From contig OY761611.1 of the NCBI GenBank assembly GCA_963664875.1, forward strand, positions 3,392,001 to 3,456,000: a stretch of 64,000 nucleotides of DNA. The letters are read 5' to 3'. Each line of letters opens with the position of its first letter. The first letter of the stretch is position 1. A model generated the notes under the pieces. The model did not search any database. It saw nothing but the letters and a program-made list of their open reading frames with translations, and had not been told where the DNA came from. A program made the position numbers and the translations under genes. Of the stretch, positions 31,613-41,389 are shown piece by piece. This stretch comes from Candidatus Kapaibacterium sp. Lineage in GTDB: Bacteria > Bacteroidota > Ignavibacteria > Kapaibacteriales > UBA2268.

Positions 31613-32299
31613 TCAGCTAATAAAAATATCTATTATTTGTCTGATGTTGTGAGCATATTTCATTCCGAATAGAGTGCCCAAATAAATCAAAACTATATAC
31701 ATAATAAGCAGATAGCTGTTTAATATATCTTTGGCTCCACGGTCAGTCGGAGGTATATCTGAATATACTAAACATCCGATTTCTTCAGGGTGGTCGGAAA
31801 CTTTTATATTGCCGGGCAGACCTGTAAGTAGCTTGAGAACTAAATAGTCACTTGCGGCAGATATAGTAAAGATTACTCCCCAAAGCAGAAACAAAAAACT
31901 ACCTGAAAATAGCGCATATAATGCCGGAATCAGACCAACTATCAATCCCGGAAGTACTACAGAAATTCGGTATGATCTGAGACTAATTGGTGTTTTCAGA
32001 TGTGCATAAGCAGAGATAGATTTGAAATCAGCACCGAATTTTATATCTTTTAGTGACACTCTGCCAAAAACCAACCAAGACAGGGCATGTACAATTTCAT
32101 GTAGCAGATTGCCCAAAACAAAAGCCGGAATTCCAAAAATTGCAATGGTGAGTAGTGTAGGCACTTCCTGTGCATCTCCTATCCCATGTAAAAAGAAATA
32201 ACCGGGAACAAAAAAGAGCAAAGTAAGAAAAATAAACGGCAATGAATAGCGATTGAGCTTGTTTGTTTCTATTATATATGCTTGTGTATTTGAATCCAT
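31613..32299 (-). CDS. DUF3267-like membrane zincin (putative metalloprotease)
   Basis: LHEIVHA HExxH in hydrophobic context; DHP..IGC. Confidence 0.7.
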   Translation of the reverse strand: MDSNTQAYIIETNKLNRYSLPFIFLTLLFFVPGYFFLHGIGDAQEVPTLLTIAIFGIPAFVLGNLLHEIVHALSWLVFGRVSLKDIKFGADFKSISAYAHLKTPISLRSYRISVVLPGLIVGLIPALYALFSGSFLFLLWGVIFTISAASDYLVLKLLTGLPGNIKVSDHPEEIGCLVYSDIPPTDRGAKDILNSYLLIMYIVLIYLGTLFGMKYAHNIRQIIDIFIS

Positions 32300-32513
32300 A
32301 TTGAAATAGTGGCGTAATTTGTAAGAAATAAATCAGTTTTTGTTGAACGATGAGCCCAAATAAGACTCTCTGCAAAATACTAAAATTATAGGCATACAGC
32401 TAAAATATTTTGGAGCTATGTTTTTGTATTGCAAAAAAATAAACTCAAAATTTTGCTTCTTATTTATTCGTCTCCTAATTCTTGATTGATACTTATGTTA
32501 AAGTGGGGAAAAT

Positions 32514-33413
32514 ATGATAAATAAAATGATTACTGCTGTTCTGCCTTTGATGCCGAAATCATTGGTGCACGTATTTGCAAAAAAATACATTGCGGGAGAG
32601 CATTTGAAAGATGCAGTAGAGACGACAAGAAGTTTTGAGGCTCTGGGAGGAAAGACTACTATCGACGTTTTGGGCGAATTTGTTACAAATAAAGATGCAG
32701 CCAATCACGAAAAGGATATGTGTTTACAGGTAATCGATGCTATCGAAGAACATCGACTTCCTACCTATTTATCTATTAAGCCTACATCTGTGGGACTCGG
32801 TATAGACTACAAATTTGGTTTTGAAAACATCAAATCTCTTGTTTCACATGCACATTCAAAAGGTATCTTTGTAAGGCTGGATATGGAAAATTCTCCGTAC
32901 ACAGATGACACACTTAATGCCTACAAAGCACTCCGTGACTTAGGATTTGACAATGTAGGGTTTGTTATTCAGGCTTATATGAAGCGATCCTATGATGATT
33001 TAGTAGCACTTAAGGACTACAAACCTAACGTAAGACTGTGCAAAGGGATATACAATGAAGCTCCTGAGATAGCTTATAAAGATTTCCATGAAATTAGGAA
33101 TAATTACAAAAAATTATTTCATTATATGGCAGATAATAGCTTTTTTGTCGGCGTTGCAACTCACGACGATTATCTAATCGATTTTGCAGAATCCGAGATA
33201 AAGAAAAGAGCCATGACAGAAAAAGACTATGAGTTTCAGATGTTGCTTGGTGTCAAAGAAAATAAGAGGAATGAGTTGCTTACGAAAGGTCATAATGTAA
33301 GAATTTACGTTCCGTTTGGAGAAGATTGGTATGGATATTCAATCCGCAGGCTCAAAGAAAATCCTAAAATGGCAGGGCATATTGCTAAATCTATTTTTTC
33401 GTTCAATGGTTAA
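32514..33413 (+). CDS. Monofunctional proline dehydrogenase
   Basis: YIAGE, RLDME, VIQAY, VRLCKGIY.E, ATHD, EFQMLLG, YVPFG..WYGY..RRL.E. Confidence 0.92.
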   Translation: MINKMITAVLPLMPKSLVHVFAKKYIAGEHLKDAVETTRSFEALGGKTTIDVLGEFVTNKDAANHEKDMCLQVIDAIEEHRLPTYLSIKPTSVGLGIDYKFGFENIKSLVSHAHSKGIFVRLDMENSPYTDDTLNAYKALRDLGFDNVGFVIQAYMKRSYDDLVALKDYKPNVRLCKGIYNEAPEIAYKDFHEIRNNYKKLFHYMADNSFFVGVATHDDYLIDFAESEIKKRAMTEKDYEFQMLLGVKENKRNELLTKGHNVRIYVPFGEDWYGYSIRRLKENPKMAGHIAKSIFSFNG

Positions 33414-34332
33414 TAATATCAGCATCCTAATCCTTATTCTTTTTTTTGTGGCATGTCAGAGACCTGAGCAGCCCAAACAGGCTGAGAGTAAGGCAACAAA
33501 ATCTGAGCAGGCTAATCAGGAGATTACTTTCGATGATGACGATATTTGTGTAGCTACTTTTAATATTGCATGGCTTGGCGACGGTAAAAATGACAGGTTA
33601 GACAGAGAGGAAGAAGATTACAAAAATATTGCTGATGTTATTGGTCAGGTAGAAGCTGATTTTATTGCTTTACAAGAAATTGAAAATGATGAAGCTATCA
33701 AAAGAGTTCTGGCGTATTTGCCTCAATATGATTACTTTATCGATGACTCCGGCTCGCAAAATGTCGGAATAATTTTCAGCAAAGAGTTGGAAGTAGAAGT
33801 CCTTGATATATATACTCCTCTACTTACAGGCAATAAAAGATTACGTCCAGGGCTCTGGGCAAGAGTAAAAAAAGGCAATTTTGACTTTTATGCAATGGTT
33901 GTACATTTCAAATCTACTTCAAGGTTTGACGAAGGAGAGGAAGGCAAAGAAAGGAGTAGAGGCATTCGCAAAAAGCAGGCTGAGATAATAAATAAGTGGG
34001 CTGATTCCTTATTGACTAACGGAAAAGAGCAGGATTTGATAATACTTGGTGATTTTAATGATTCTCCTTTGAAAAAGCGATATAACACATTAAACAGGAT
34101 AAATTCCAAGAAACTTGAATTTATCACTGCTGACTTACAAAGTTGCAAATTCGAAAAATTAAAAGGTATTGACCACTTACTCGTTACTGCGAGTGCCAAG
34201 CAAAGACTAATTCCGAAAAGCATTGGAATTTATAATTTGCATAAAGCATACAAAAAAAAGATAGCCCCTCAAATATCTGACCATTGCCCTGTTTTTGCAA
34301 GGTTTGATATAAAAAAAGAGGATAATGATTAG
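33406..34332 (+). CDS. Endonuclease/exonuclease/phosphatase family lipoprotein
   Basis: Lipobox FVAC (ATG 33406); TFNI, ALQE, GDFND, IDH, SDHCPV. Confidence 0.85.
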   Translation: MVNNISILILILFFVACQRPEQPKQAESKATKSEQANQEITFDDDDICVATFNIAWLGDGKNDRLDREEEDYKNIADVIGQVEADFIALQEIENDEAIKRVLAYLPQYDYFIDDSGSQNVGIIFSKELEVEVLDIYTPLLTGNKRLRPGLWARVKKGNFDFYAMVVHFKSTSRFDEGEEGKERSRGIRKKQAEIINKWADSLLTNGKEQDLIILGDFNDSPLKKRYNTLNRINSKKLEFITADLQSCKFEKLKGIDHLLVTASAKQRLIPKSIGIYNLHKAYKKKIAPQISDHCPVFARFDIKKEDND

Positions 34333-34414
34333 GCTTTGGAAAAAATTTTGCTTATATTTTCTATTTTTTTGTTAATTTCACATTATTGGATTCAAAAGAA
34401 ACAGAAGGTTACTC

Positions 34415-34780
34415 ATGAAAGGGAAAGGTAGAATCGTAAAAGAAGTAAAAGAGAAATATATTCTCTTAAAACTTGAAGGTTCTTTCAATAGTTACGAACA
34501 CGACGAAGAAATCAGAGAAACGTTCAGAGAAATTTCGAAAGAAGAGCCCGTCAATGTGATTGTGGATTTCAAAGAAGTATTTTACTTCAACTCCACAGCT
34601 ATACGTGGTTTGCTTTCCGGAAATGCTTTTATTAAAAGAGCAGAGGGCAGAATCATATTCTGCAATCTGAGCGATTATATTGCAAATATTTTCAAGATTA
34701 CAAACCTGCATCTTACTTTCAAAATTTTGGACAGTTTGGAAGACGCAGAATTTGAACTTGAAAATCCGACAGAAGACTAA
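34415..34780 (+). CDS. STAS-domain anti-sigma factor antagonist
   Basis: VIVDF..V.YFNSTAI..L and IFKIT.L pattern; 121 aa. Confidence 0.8.
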   Translation: MKGKGRIVKEVKEKYILLKLEGSFNSYEHDEEIRETFREISKEEPVNVIVDFKEVFYFNSTAIRGLLSGNAFIKRAEGRIIFCNLSDYIANIFKITNLHLTFKILDSLEDAEFELENPTED

Positions 34781-34798
34781 CTATATTTGACATTTATA

Positions 34799-34828
34799 AA
34801 AAAGCTACCCCAAAGGTAGCTTTTTTTA
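34799..34828. terminator. Bidirectional terminator
   Basis: aaaaagctacc-ccaaa-ggtagcttttttt. Confidence 0.75.
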
Positions 34829-34935
34829 CTTAGTAGTTGTAATAGTTCGGCTGATTTCAGGCGCATATAAAAAAAGCTCCGATACTTCATTGCTTAAATA
34901 TCGGAGCAAACATCATATAAGGAAATATTGAAACG

Positions 34936-35700
34936 CTATTTGAAATATGTATAATAAAAATCATATCGTTTTTGAATGGCACCTTTAGAATCCGAAATAA
35001 TTTCGGCTTTGAGTTTTCCGGTGGTGTCATAAATGTATGAGTATATTTTGTTTACATTGCCATTCTGATCTATTTTATAAAACTTTATAGATTGATCTGC
35101 AGAATAAACAATACTGTCTTTTAGTACATTTGCATTAGGAATGTTGTCGCCTGTGACTATAATATCATAAGATATCCCTGTCAAATTGCCCGAAGTATTA
35201 TATTCGTTGTTGTAGTTTTTGATAGTAGATACACCTTTCTTCAAGTCTTCCTGTACGGTTTTGATTAAATCACCCTTTTGGTTGTAATCGAAACTCCAGC
35301 TTTCTTCAAGCTCACCATCGCTGTCGTATTGCTTTTTCTCAACTATCTTCGAATTAGTGTATCGATACTTGATCTTGAAATTTTCAGATACAAAGCCGTT
35401 GTTGTCATATTTAAAGTGAATTTCAGTAGATTGGTCGTCTTGGTATGTGTAAACAGATTTTGTAGCTGTGTCTGCATCTTTGTTAAACTCTACAAAAAGC
35501 AGGATATTGCCGGCTTTGTCAAATTCTTTGTAATATACTTTGTGTTCTTTAGATAAAGTGAGCAAATCAGATTCCCACTTCTCTTCACTTTGTATAACAT
35601 CCGGAGTGTACGCAGGATTTATCGGATTGTCCGGCATATTACATGCTGCTAATAAACACACAGCACACACAAAAATACTATTTAATATTTGTTTACTCAT
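34936..35700 (-). CDS. Lipoprotein with YD-like beta-hairpin repeats
   Basis: Lipobox LAAC; repeated Y(D/N)xxG motifs. Confidence 0.6.
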   Translation of the reverse strand: MSKQILNSIFVCAVCLLAACNMPDNPINPAYTPDVIQSEEKWESDLLTLSKEHKVYYKEFDKAGNILLFVEFNKDADTATKSVYTYQDDQSTEIHFKYDNNGFVSENFKIKYRYTNSKIVEKKQYDSDGELEESWSFDYNQKGDLIKTVQEDLKKGVSTIKNYNNEYNTSGNLTGISYDIIVTGDNIPNANVLKDSIVYSADQSIKFYKIDQNGNVNKIYSYIYDTTGKLKAEIISDSKGAIQKRYDFYYTYFK

Positions 35701-35804
35701 AACTGTTCCCGGCTTGAAACATTTGATAAGAAATTACGTAAAATCTTTATAAATGTCAAGTTAAATATACATACGAGTCAAATATTTTTATATTTCCTGC
35801 AATC

Positions 35805-36932
35805 TTATATATTAATGTCGAAATCATCTGCATTGAAACCGTAATTTTCTATCCAGTATTCTTTAGTAAAAGTTATTTTCCCGGAATTTAATAAATCAAG
35901 ATCGCGTTTCCAAATACTCGCCATATTGCTGTTTAACCTGATAATTGAAAAAATAGGCTGAGCAATATCTCCAAAATTTAGATGTATTAGCATTACTATC
36001 AAGTCGTTTAATATCTTTTCTACTAAGCTGATGTCCGAATGAATTATTTCTTCTCTCACTTTATAATGTGTTTCTGCTGCTGCTAACGAACCACCATCTA
36101 ATTCTGTGGTAAGTGTTTGAGACAATAGTGCTTTTGATATTTCCGAATTACAATGCCTGATTAGCAGGTGAAAGAGCTCCGCCGAATTTGCTTTATTCGT
36201 ATCGTGTATTGTGATTGTTATATCCTCAGGGGTTACTGCAACGCTTTCGTCAGCCATCTCGCTCAGTAACTCGGCAAGATTCATTATTTCTTCCTGTGAG
36301 GCACCTCTCTGATACTGTGCCACCACAAAAGGCATCCCAAATTTTTCAATATAATTTACCCAAAAACGCATACTACCGGATTTGAAAGTAACAGGCCAAA
36401 AGCATTTTGCAAGTAGCGATTCTCCATAATGCCTTGCTGCACTTTGTTCATATATCGCTGCAAGGAATTTATACTCGGGCAAGGATTGAGCCTCGCCACC
36501 GCCGGGACTTCTGAAATACATATTTCCATCGCCTCCAATGTCGAAATATTCCTGCGGTCGGGCTTCAATCTTCTTAGGAATATATTTTCCTTCTTTCTTT
36601 TCCCACATAATTTCTAAAACCTGAAATCCATAAAGAGGTGCGTCGAGTATGTTTCTTATTATAGCCTGCAAATCTAACTTTGCAAAAACATCTTTCACAA
36701 ATGCGAATACATCTTTGTCTGAATTTTCCTGCCTTATTTGAGTTTCTAAAGCAAGAACGCCTGCTTTTCTGGATTGGATGCAGCTACGGACGTGCGGATC
36801 ATTTGTAAGATTTCGTACAGCTTCATAGCCTTTGTTTCTTAGTATTTTATCGGGATTAGGCAGCATTCCGAGATGCTTAAAGAAGCTGAGCGAGCCACTC
36901 CTGCTTACAAGTTCTTTGGTTAGTGATTTCAT
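35805..36932 (-). CDS. Mu gp29-like portal protein (DUF935)
   Basis: LPNPD.IL, D.HV.SC..SRK, YGFQV.EI.W, W..YIEKFGMP, CN.EISK.LL.QTLTTE..GGS.AA..TH. Confidence 0.85.
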   Translation of the reverse strand: MKSLTKELVSRSGSLSFFKHLGMLPNPDKILRNKGYEAVRNLTNDPHVRSCIQSRKAGVLALETQIRQENSDKDVFAFVKDVFAKLDLQAIIRNILDAPLYGFQVLEIMWEKKEGKYIPKKIEARPQEYFDIGGDGNMYFRSPGGGEAQSLPEYKFLAAIYEQSAARHYGESLLAKCFWPVTFKSGSMRFWVNYIEKFGMPFVVAQYQRGASQEEIMNLAELLSEMADESVAVTPEDITITIHDTNKANSAELFHLLIRHCNSEISKALLSQTLTTELDGGSLAAAETHYKVREEIIHSDISLVEKILNDLIVMLIHLNFGDIAQPIFSIIRLNSNMASIWKRDLDLLNSGKITFTKEYWIENYGFNADDFDINI

Positions 36933-37367
36933 TTATTTCTCCATAGATTTGATTGCATAACCTGATATTATTCCACCCAAAATTATTAGCGGATCCTGCC
37001 ACCAAGGGCGTTTGGCTATTGATGATTGATTAAAATTGATGTGATGAGTAATTATAGTGTCCTGCTGTCTGGCTATATGCATTGATAAAATATTATCGGG
37101 GAAAGTATAATAACAGCGGACAGTGTCTCGTTTGATTATAGTATCTATTGTCGCAACGAAAGGTCTTGTTTGTATGATAGTATCTCTAATATAGCGGATT
37201 TCAGTTTTTACATTTTCTAGGATGATTGGCTCGGGAGTTACAATTTCAATAATGGTGTCTCTTATTATTCTTACATCACCTTGGTTCCCGGGCGGCTCAT
37301 TTGCAAATATGTAAAACAAAAGCAGACCTATTATTACACCGGCAAAAGCAATTGTTACCTCTTTCAT
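36933..37367 (-). CDS. Phage membrane protein, possible Rz/spanin-like lysis accessory
   Basis: N- and C-terminal hydrophobic segments, repeated xRDTI motifs; lies in the head/lysis operon; function inferred. Confidence 0.45.
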   Translation of the reverse strand: MKEVTIAFAGVIIGLLLFYIFANEPPGNQGDVRIIRDTIIEIVTPEPIILENVKTEIRYIRDTIIQTRPFVATIDTIIKRDTVRCYYTFPDNILSMHIARQQDTIITHHINFNQSSIAKRPWWQDPLIILGGIISGYAIKSMEK

Positions 37368-38116
37368 ATTTTAACTCCATAATCTATAACTATTCCAAGA
37401 GTAAGGTAGTGAGCCGGCAATTCGTTATCTTTAATAAGAAGTGAGAGTGTATCACCAGAATTCAACGGCATCTCTGTTACCGAAATCTCGCCACGACCAC
37501 GCAGGATATGCAAATCTTCATAAAGCATGGAATCATTCAAAAGCAAATCACAATAAAGACTATTTCCTTCTTTCAAAGAATAGTAGATAGATACAATCTT
37601 AGGTGAAATATCATTTGGCAGACAAGGGAATATATCCGGCAGACGTAACCTCTCACCGGACTGCAGATTTATTACTCCGTCATAAGTAAAATGACAAATC
37701 CTCTGCAAACGCACTTTCTTTTCAGACGGCATTAAAGCCTGAGCAGGAACATACTTCTTAGAATAACTATCGCTACTGTCTTCAATAAGTAAAACATCCT
37801 CCGGCTCAATCTCCGGCTTACTCTCAAAAGTAATAAAGTCGCCGGACAACCTGTTTAGCTGCCTAAGATTGTCAACATTGGTGAGTCCGATCTGCTCTTT
37901 AGTAACATTATGTAGATTGTTTGTATCAGTCAAATGTAGAGTAAGATTCGGATTTTTATACTCGTAAACCATATCATGGTGATGTTCCACATCTGCTTTT
38001 GAATCAAGTGCGTCTGCAAGGTCGCTTTGGCTAGACAAAACGCCTGTTATTTCGCCCCATTTCGAGATTATTTCCACTTCCTCGGATTGTGGATAAGGTA
38101 TGTATCTGATTGGCAT
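37364..38116 (-). CDS. Phage fibre-like virion protein
   Basis: WGEITG.LS.Q.DL..AL..KA...H.H and H..DTNN.H.VTK.QIGL.NVDN repeats typical of phage fibres. Confidence 0.6.
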   Translation of the reverse strand: MPIRYIPYPQSEEVEIISKWGEITGVLSSQSDLADALDSKADVEHHHDMVYEYKNPNLTLHLTDTNNLHNVTKEQIGLTNVDNLRQLNRLSGDFITFESKPEIEPEDVLLIEDSSDSYSKKYVPAQALMPSEKKVRLQRICHFTYDGVINLQSGERLRLPDIFPCLPNDISPKIVSIYYSLKEGNSLYCDLLLNDSMLYEDLHILRGRGEISVTEMPLNSGDTLSLLIKDNELPAHYLTLGIVIDYGVKI

Positions 38117-38117
38117 T

Positions 38118-38438
38118 TTATCGCTCCTCTAAGTATAAAACTGCATCTAAATTTCCGTTAGTAATACTGTTATTTATATATCGGATGCGGAAGAATTTAC
38201 TAACGCTGTTCAGTATTGCTATTTCTGCATTGCTACGGTTATTCGTGTTGTCCACATCAATCAATGCTCCCACAGAGAAAGAGAGGCGGTCATTGGAAAA
38301 CTCAATGGAAACTATACCATCAGGTGTGCCTTTTACTTCGCTCCAGCTAAGTTGAAGTGAAACAGCTATATATTTAGATTTACCACTGATATTTTTATCA
38401 GCTGTTTCAAACCACTTAGTCTCAAAAGATTCCGCCAT
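38118..38438 (-). CDS. Small hypothetical phage protein (beta-rich, possibly a virion protein)
   Basis: ATG 38438 avoids overlap with the upstream gene; stop abuts the next start. Confidence 0.5.
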   Translation of the reverse strand: MAESFETKWFETADKNISGKSKYIAVSLQLSWSEVKGTPDGIVSIEFSNDRLSFSVGALIDVDNTNNRSNAEIAILNSVSKFFRIRYINNSITNGNLDAVLYLEER

Positions 38439-38460
38439 TGAAGCATTTTTGCACATATAT

Positions 38461-39030
38461 TTAAGCATTATCCACCTCTGTGGAAAAGCCAACAAGCCCA
38501 AGCAACCGCAATCTCCCGAATATATGATACAAATTCCTTCTTTGCCTGAATACACCTTCTTTATTGCCTTTCTTTGTATTGAAAGCGATTGTGCGAACCC
38601 AGCCGGATCTTTCAGTTTTATATATCCTCTCAACATGACCTCGCCAGGAGCCGGGCAGTCGCCATATTATTAAATCATGTTTCTGTGGGGCAGCTCTTGT
38701 TCGCTTCCCATGTTTCTTTGCATAAGTAAAGAGTTTTGTAGCAACGCCTGTTTTAGGAATTGGAATATCACTTTTATCTTGCGCAGCTCGAGCAAAGCAA
38801 TAATATACTCCTGCTGCACAGTAAGCACTGCCCCTCGGCAAACCCATATAATCAGTGTATTTCTCAACTGCCCCGAGATTCTGGCCGCTTTCGAGCGTTC
38901 CTGCCTGTAACATTGCAGTATCAAGAGATGCTTCGAGTAGATATTGTTTACATGGAATTGTGTATCTCTCAAATGCAAAAGCGCTTGCAGAAAGCGTTAG
39001 CATTAATATTATTTTGAATAAGATTTTCAT
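38461..39030 (-). CDS. CHAP/NlpC-like peptidoglycan hydrolase with signal peptide (endolysin-like)
   Basis: E.GQN.G..VEKY, AYCAAGV (Cys), DL.IW......GHVE (His); signal peptide ending SAFA. Confidence 0.7.
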   Translation of the reverse strand: MKILFKIILMLTLSASAFAFERYTIPCKQYLLEASLDTAMLQAGTLESGQNLGAVEKYTDYMGLPRGSAYCAAGVYYCFARAAQDKSDIPIPKTGVATKLFTYAKKHGKRTRAAPQKHDLIIWRLPGSWRGHVERIYKTERSGWVRTIAFNTKKGNKEGVFRQRRNLYHIFGRLRLLGLVGFSTEVDNA

Positions 39031-39127
39031 AGTGTTTGTTCCTTCTTTGAATAGTAAAATTTTATTTGATAGACCTAATTAGGAAAAAGGTTTCGATTGT
39101 TTACTTTCTTCCATAGATATTATTTCA

Positions 39128-39230
39128 ATTTCCCCTCCTGAGCGATGTGCTGAGCGAGCAACGCGAGTCGAAGTAGGGTGCGTGAGCGAAGCGAGGGCGG
39201 GGTGGAAAAACACGAAGCACAATATTTAGT
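39128..39230. repeat. REP mosaic inside the phage-like operon
   Basis: tcccctcctgag[cgatgtgctgagcgagcaacgcgagtcgaagta]gggtgcgtgagcgaagcgagggcggggtgg; matches 42529 and 44771. Confidence 0.8.
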
Positions 39231-39317
39231 GCAAGTAGTCTGTTTTTCTATTTACTTAACTTTGTCGATTGTTTTTTTCAGGTCAGAGATATAAAAAACA
39301 TTATCATTTTTCTCTCC

Positions 39318-39641
39318 TTACTGCACAAAATAAACTCCCAATATTATCATGCCCACAGAGAGATGCACCCCCAGAGCCATTTGACCGAAATTTAAATCAG
39401 GAAGAAGTGCTTTGAGTAAGGATGCAGAGCGGTATATTAGCCAAAGGCAGAAAAGTTCTGCGAGTAGGACTATCAGCATGGTTTTTAGCTCTGCAAGACT
39501 TGGGAATGCAAAAAGTAGTAGCATTAGCCCAACGATAAGTAATAATATTTCTATCAGATATTCTCTGATTTTGCCCCAAAGAGACCGGGCGAGTTGCCCG
39601 ATCCCTACGGAGATGCTATTCAAGATATTTTTTAAATTCAT
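39318..39641 (-). CDS. Small multi-TM membrane protein, holin candidate
   Basis: About three hydrophobic segments; directly upstream of the lysin; function inferred. Confidence 0.5.
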   Translation of the reverse strand: MNLKNILNSISVGIGQLARSLWGKIREYLIEILLLIVGLMLLLFAFPSLAELKTMLIVLLAELFCLWLIYRSASLLKALLPDLNFGQMALGVHLSVGMIILGVYFVQ

Positions 39642-40065
39642 CGAGAGTCTCCTTGTCAAATGTGATTGTTTTGTTGTCTTTATTGCTGAGTATCAGGGAG
39701 GTTTCAGTTTCTTCTTCTATAATTATTTCTTTCTGTTTTGGCAAATCTACCTTGCATGCCTTAATGTCTCTAAGGAGCTGGAGTGCATTTAGCTTTCGCC
39801 ACACTACGGCATTGGGAACACCTGCGTCTGAATAGGCATAATCATATAAATATGCTATGGTCAGGTCAACCGAGAGCTTCTTTACAAGCATATCCGGGAG
39901 AGTCAGTGGCAACTCATAGCGAGAACCAATCATGCTATCAATGATGGAATCTGCATAGTCCCTATGTCTTTGGAGTTGTGCCTGATCGAAACCTCCACCG
40001 CAAAGTGTCGCAAGCTCCTGATAGGAATATTCGAGCAACAAATCATTTTCGTCTGAGTAAGGCAT
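39616..40065 (-). CDS. Mu gp36-like head completion/adaptor protein (DUF1320)
   Basis: MPY....DL......EL..L, A..IID..IG.RY.LPL, D..I..LY, AL..L.DI..G/C...L pattern. Confidence 0.8.
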   Translation of the reverse strand: MPYSDENDLLLEYSYQELATLCGGGFDQAQLQRHRDYADSIIDSMIGSRYELPLTLPDMLVKKLSVDLTIAYLYDYAYSDAGVPNAVVWRKLNALQLLRDIKACKVDLPKQKEIIIEEETETSLILSNKDNKTITFDKETLDEFKKYLE

Positions 40066-40075
40066 ATTAGCTCCT

Positions 40076-40417
40076 CTATATTGCTAAGCGAACTTTGATT
40101 ATTGCTGCGCCTGTACACGTACTAAGTGCATAAGCGTTCACAATCTCGCCTGCGTCTGCTACCTTTGCCTTTCCGGTTGCGTCGCTGCTTAGTGCATCGC
40201 CTCTTGCTATTGCTTCGCTTGATTCTACGAGCATTGTGCCGAGAGTTTCTATAGTTGCCTGCCTGTCTATGGTAGCAGCAAGTGATGTAACACCTAAAGC
40301 TCTTTCGCCAAGTCCGCAGATTCCACTTAAATAATTTACAAATCTAAACTGTGGTATGTCTTCTGCTGCCTTAATGCTGATAGTCAAAGCTGAGTGATAT
40401 GTTTCTGTACTAATCAT
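40076..40417 (-). CDS. Capsid decoration/cement protein (DUF2190-like)
   Basis: RFV, ALGV, G...VE..EAI..GD...SDA.GKA; follows the major capsid gene. Confidence 0.75.
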   Translation of the reverse strand: MISTETYHSALTISIKAAEDIPQFRFVNYLSGICGLGERALGVTSLAATIDRQATIETLGTMLVESSEAIARGDALSSDATGKAKVADAGEIVNAYALSTCTGAAIIKVRLAI

Positions 40418-40429
40418 TTGTCTGCCTCC

Positions 40430-41374
40430 CTATGCGTGGAAATTAGTGTTTGCGATTAAAAAGCCGGCATCTTTGCCTGTTACCTGTACTGAGTAGTTGT
40501 CTGTAGCACGAATTACTTTCACTTTGCCACCGTTTTCGTAGTAAGTATCTACTTCCGGCATTCCTTTTCTTCGGAATGTGTATCCAAACGAAGGGTTGTA
40601 TTCTGAGCGGCGAGGGGACTGATCTACATACGCGAATATTATATTATCGCCCCAAATGTCTTCCATACTTACTCCATCGGGTGAGTAAACTGAGGTGCCG
40701 ACTATAATATTTTCGATATTATAAACCTCTTTGACAAGCTCGGCATTTACTGTAAAATTATTTGTATAACGGATTTTGTTTGTCATACTATTGTGGTTCA
40801 GTATTTTTCTCAGAGTAACATCGCCCATAATCATAACATTCGGATATTTTCCTATTTTGCTGCGTATGGCATCTTTTGCTATATTGACCCATGTTTCAGT
40901 GTCCGCATTGCTTGTTGGAGCATATATCGAATCTGCCTCTGAGCTGATTACCAGTTTCATATCATCATCGTAGTTGGCAGGGTTTTGTACTAAATCTGCC
41001 GCCGCCTTTTCTCTGCCGGTTAGAAGTATATCGAGAAGTTCCTTTGTGCTGCGCTGTTCATAGCGGAAAAACTCGCTGCTTTCTTCTTCTTCGAGATAGT
41101 CCAAAGCTATCTCTACATCTCTTTCGTGTGTCTCGAAATCCATTAATACAATTTCTTCAGGAGGTATGCGGTTGGAGGCAGCTCTCAAAGCTCGCTCTGT
41201 GTCTCGCATTACAAAAGAGTTTTTAGAAAAAACAGGGATTTTGCCTTTCATTTTATTTACATCGACAGTAGGGAAGAGCTTATGAGCTATGAAAGCATTA
41301 TTTGTATAGCCCTGAGCTATTGTGGTCAAAACGGGATCGACCATGCGAAGAGAATCTAATCTTGTGTTGGACAT
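40430..41374 (-). CDS. Major capsid protein (Mu-like/transposable-phage type, HK97 fold inferred)
   Basis: VDPVLT.IA.GY.N..FIA..LFP.V.V....GK, E..AA......NY, IWG, PSFGYT; sits between protease and cement genes. Confidence 0.8.
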   Translation of the reverse strand: MSNTRLDSLRMVDPVLTTIAQGYTNNAFIAHKLFPTVDVNKMKGKIPVFSKNSFVMRDTERALRAASNRIPPEEIVLMDFETHERDVEIALDYLEEEESSEFFRYEQRSTKELLDILLTGREKAAADLVQNPANYDDDMKLVISSEADSIYAPTSNADTETWVNIAKDAIRSKIGKYPNVMIMGDVTLRKILNHNSMTNKIRYTNNFTVNAELVKEVYNIENIIVGTSVYSPDGVSMEDIWGDNIIFAYVDQSPRRSEYNPSFGYTFRRKGMPEVDTYYENGGKVKVIRATDNYSVQVTGKDAGFLIANTNFHA

Positions 41375-41389
41375 TATTTTGTTTCCTTG

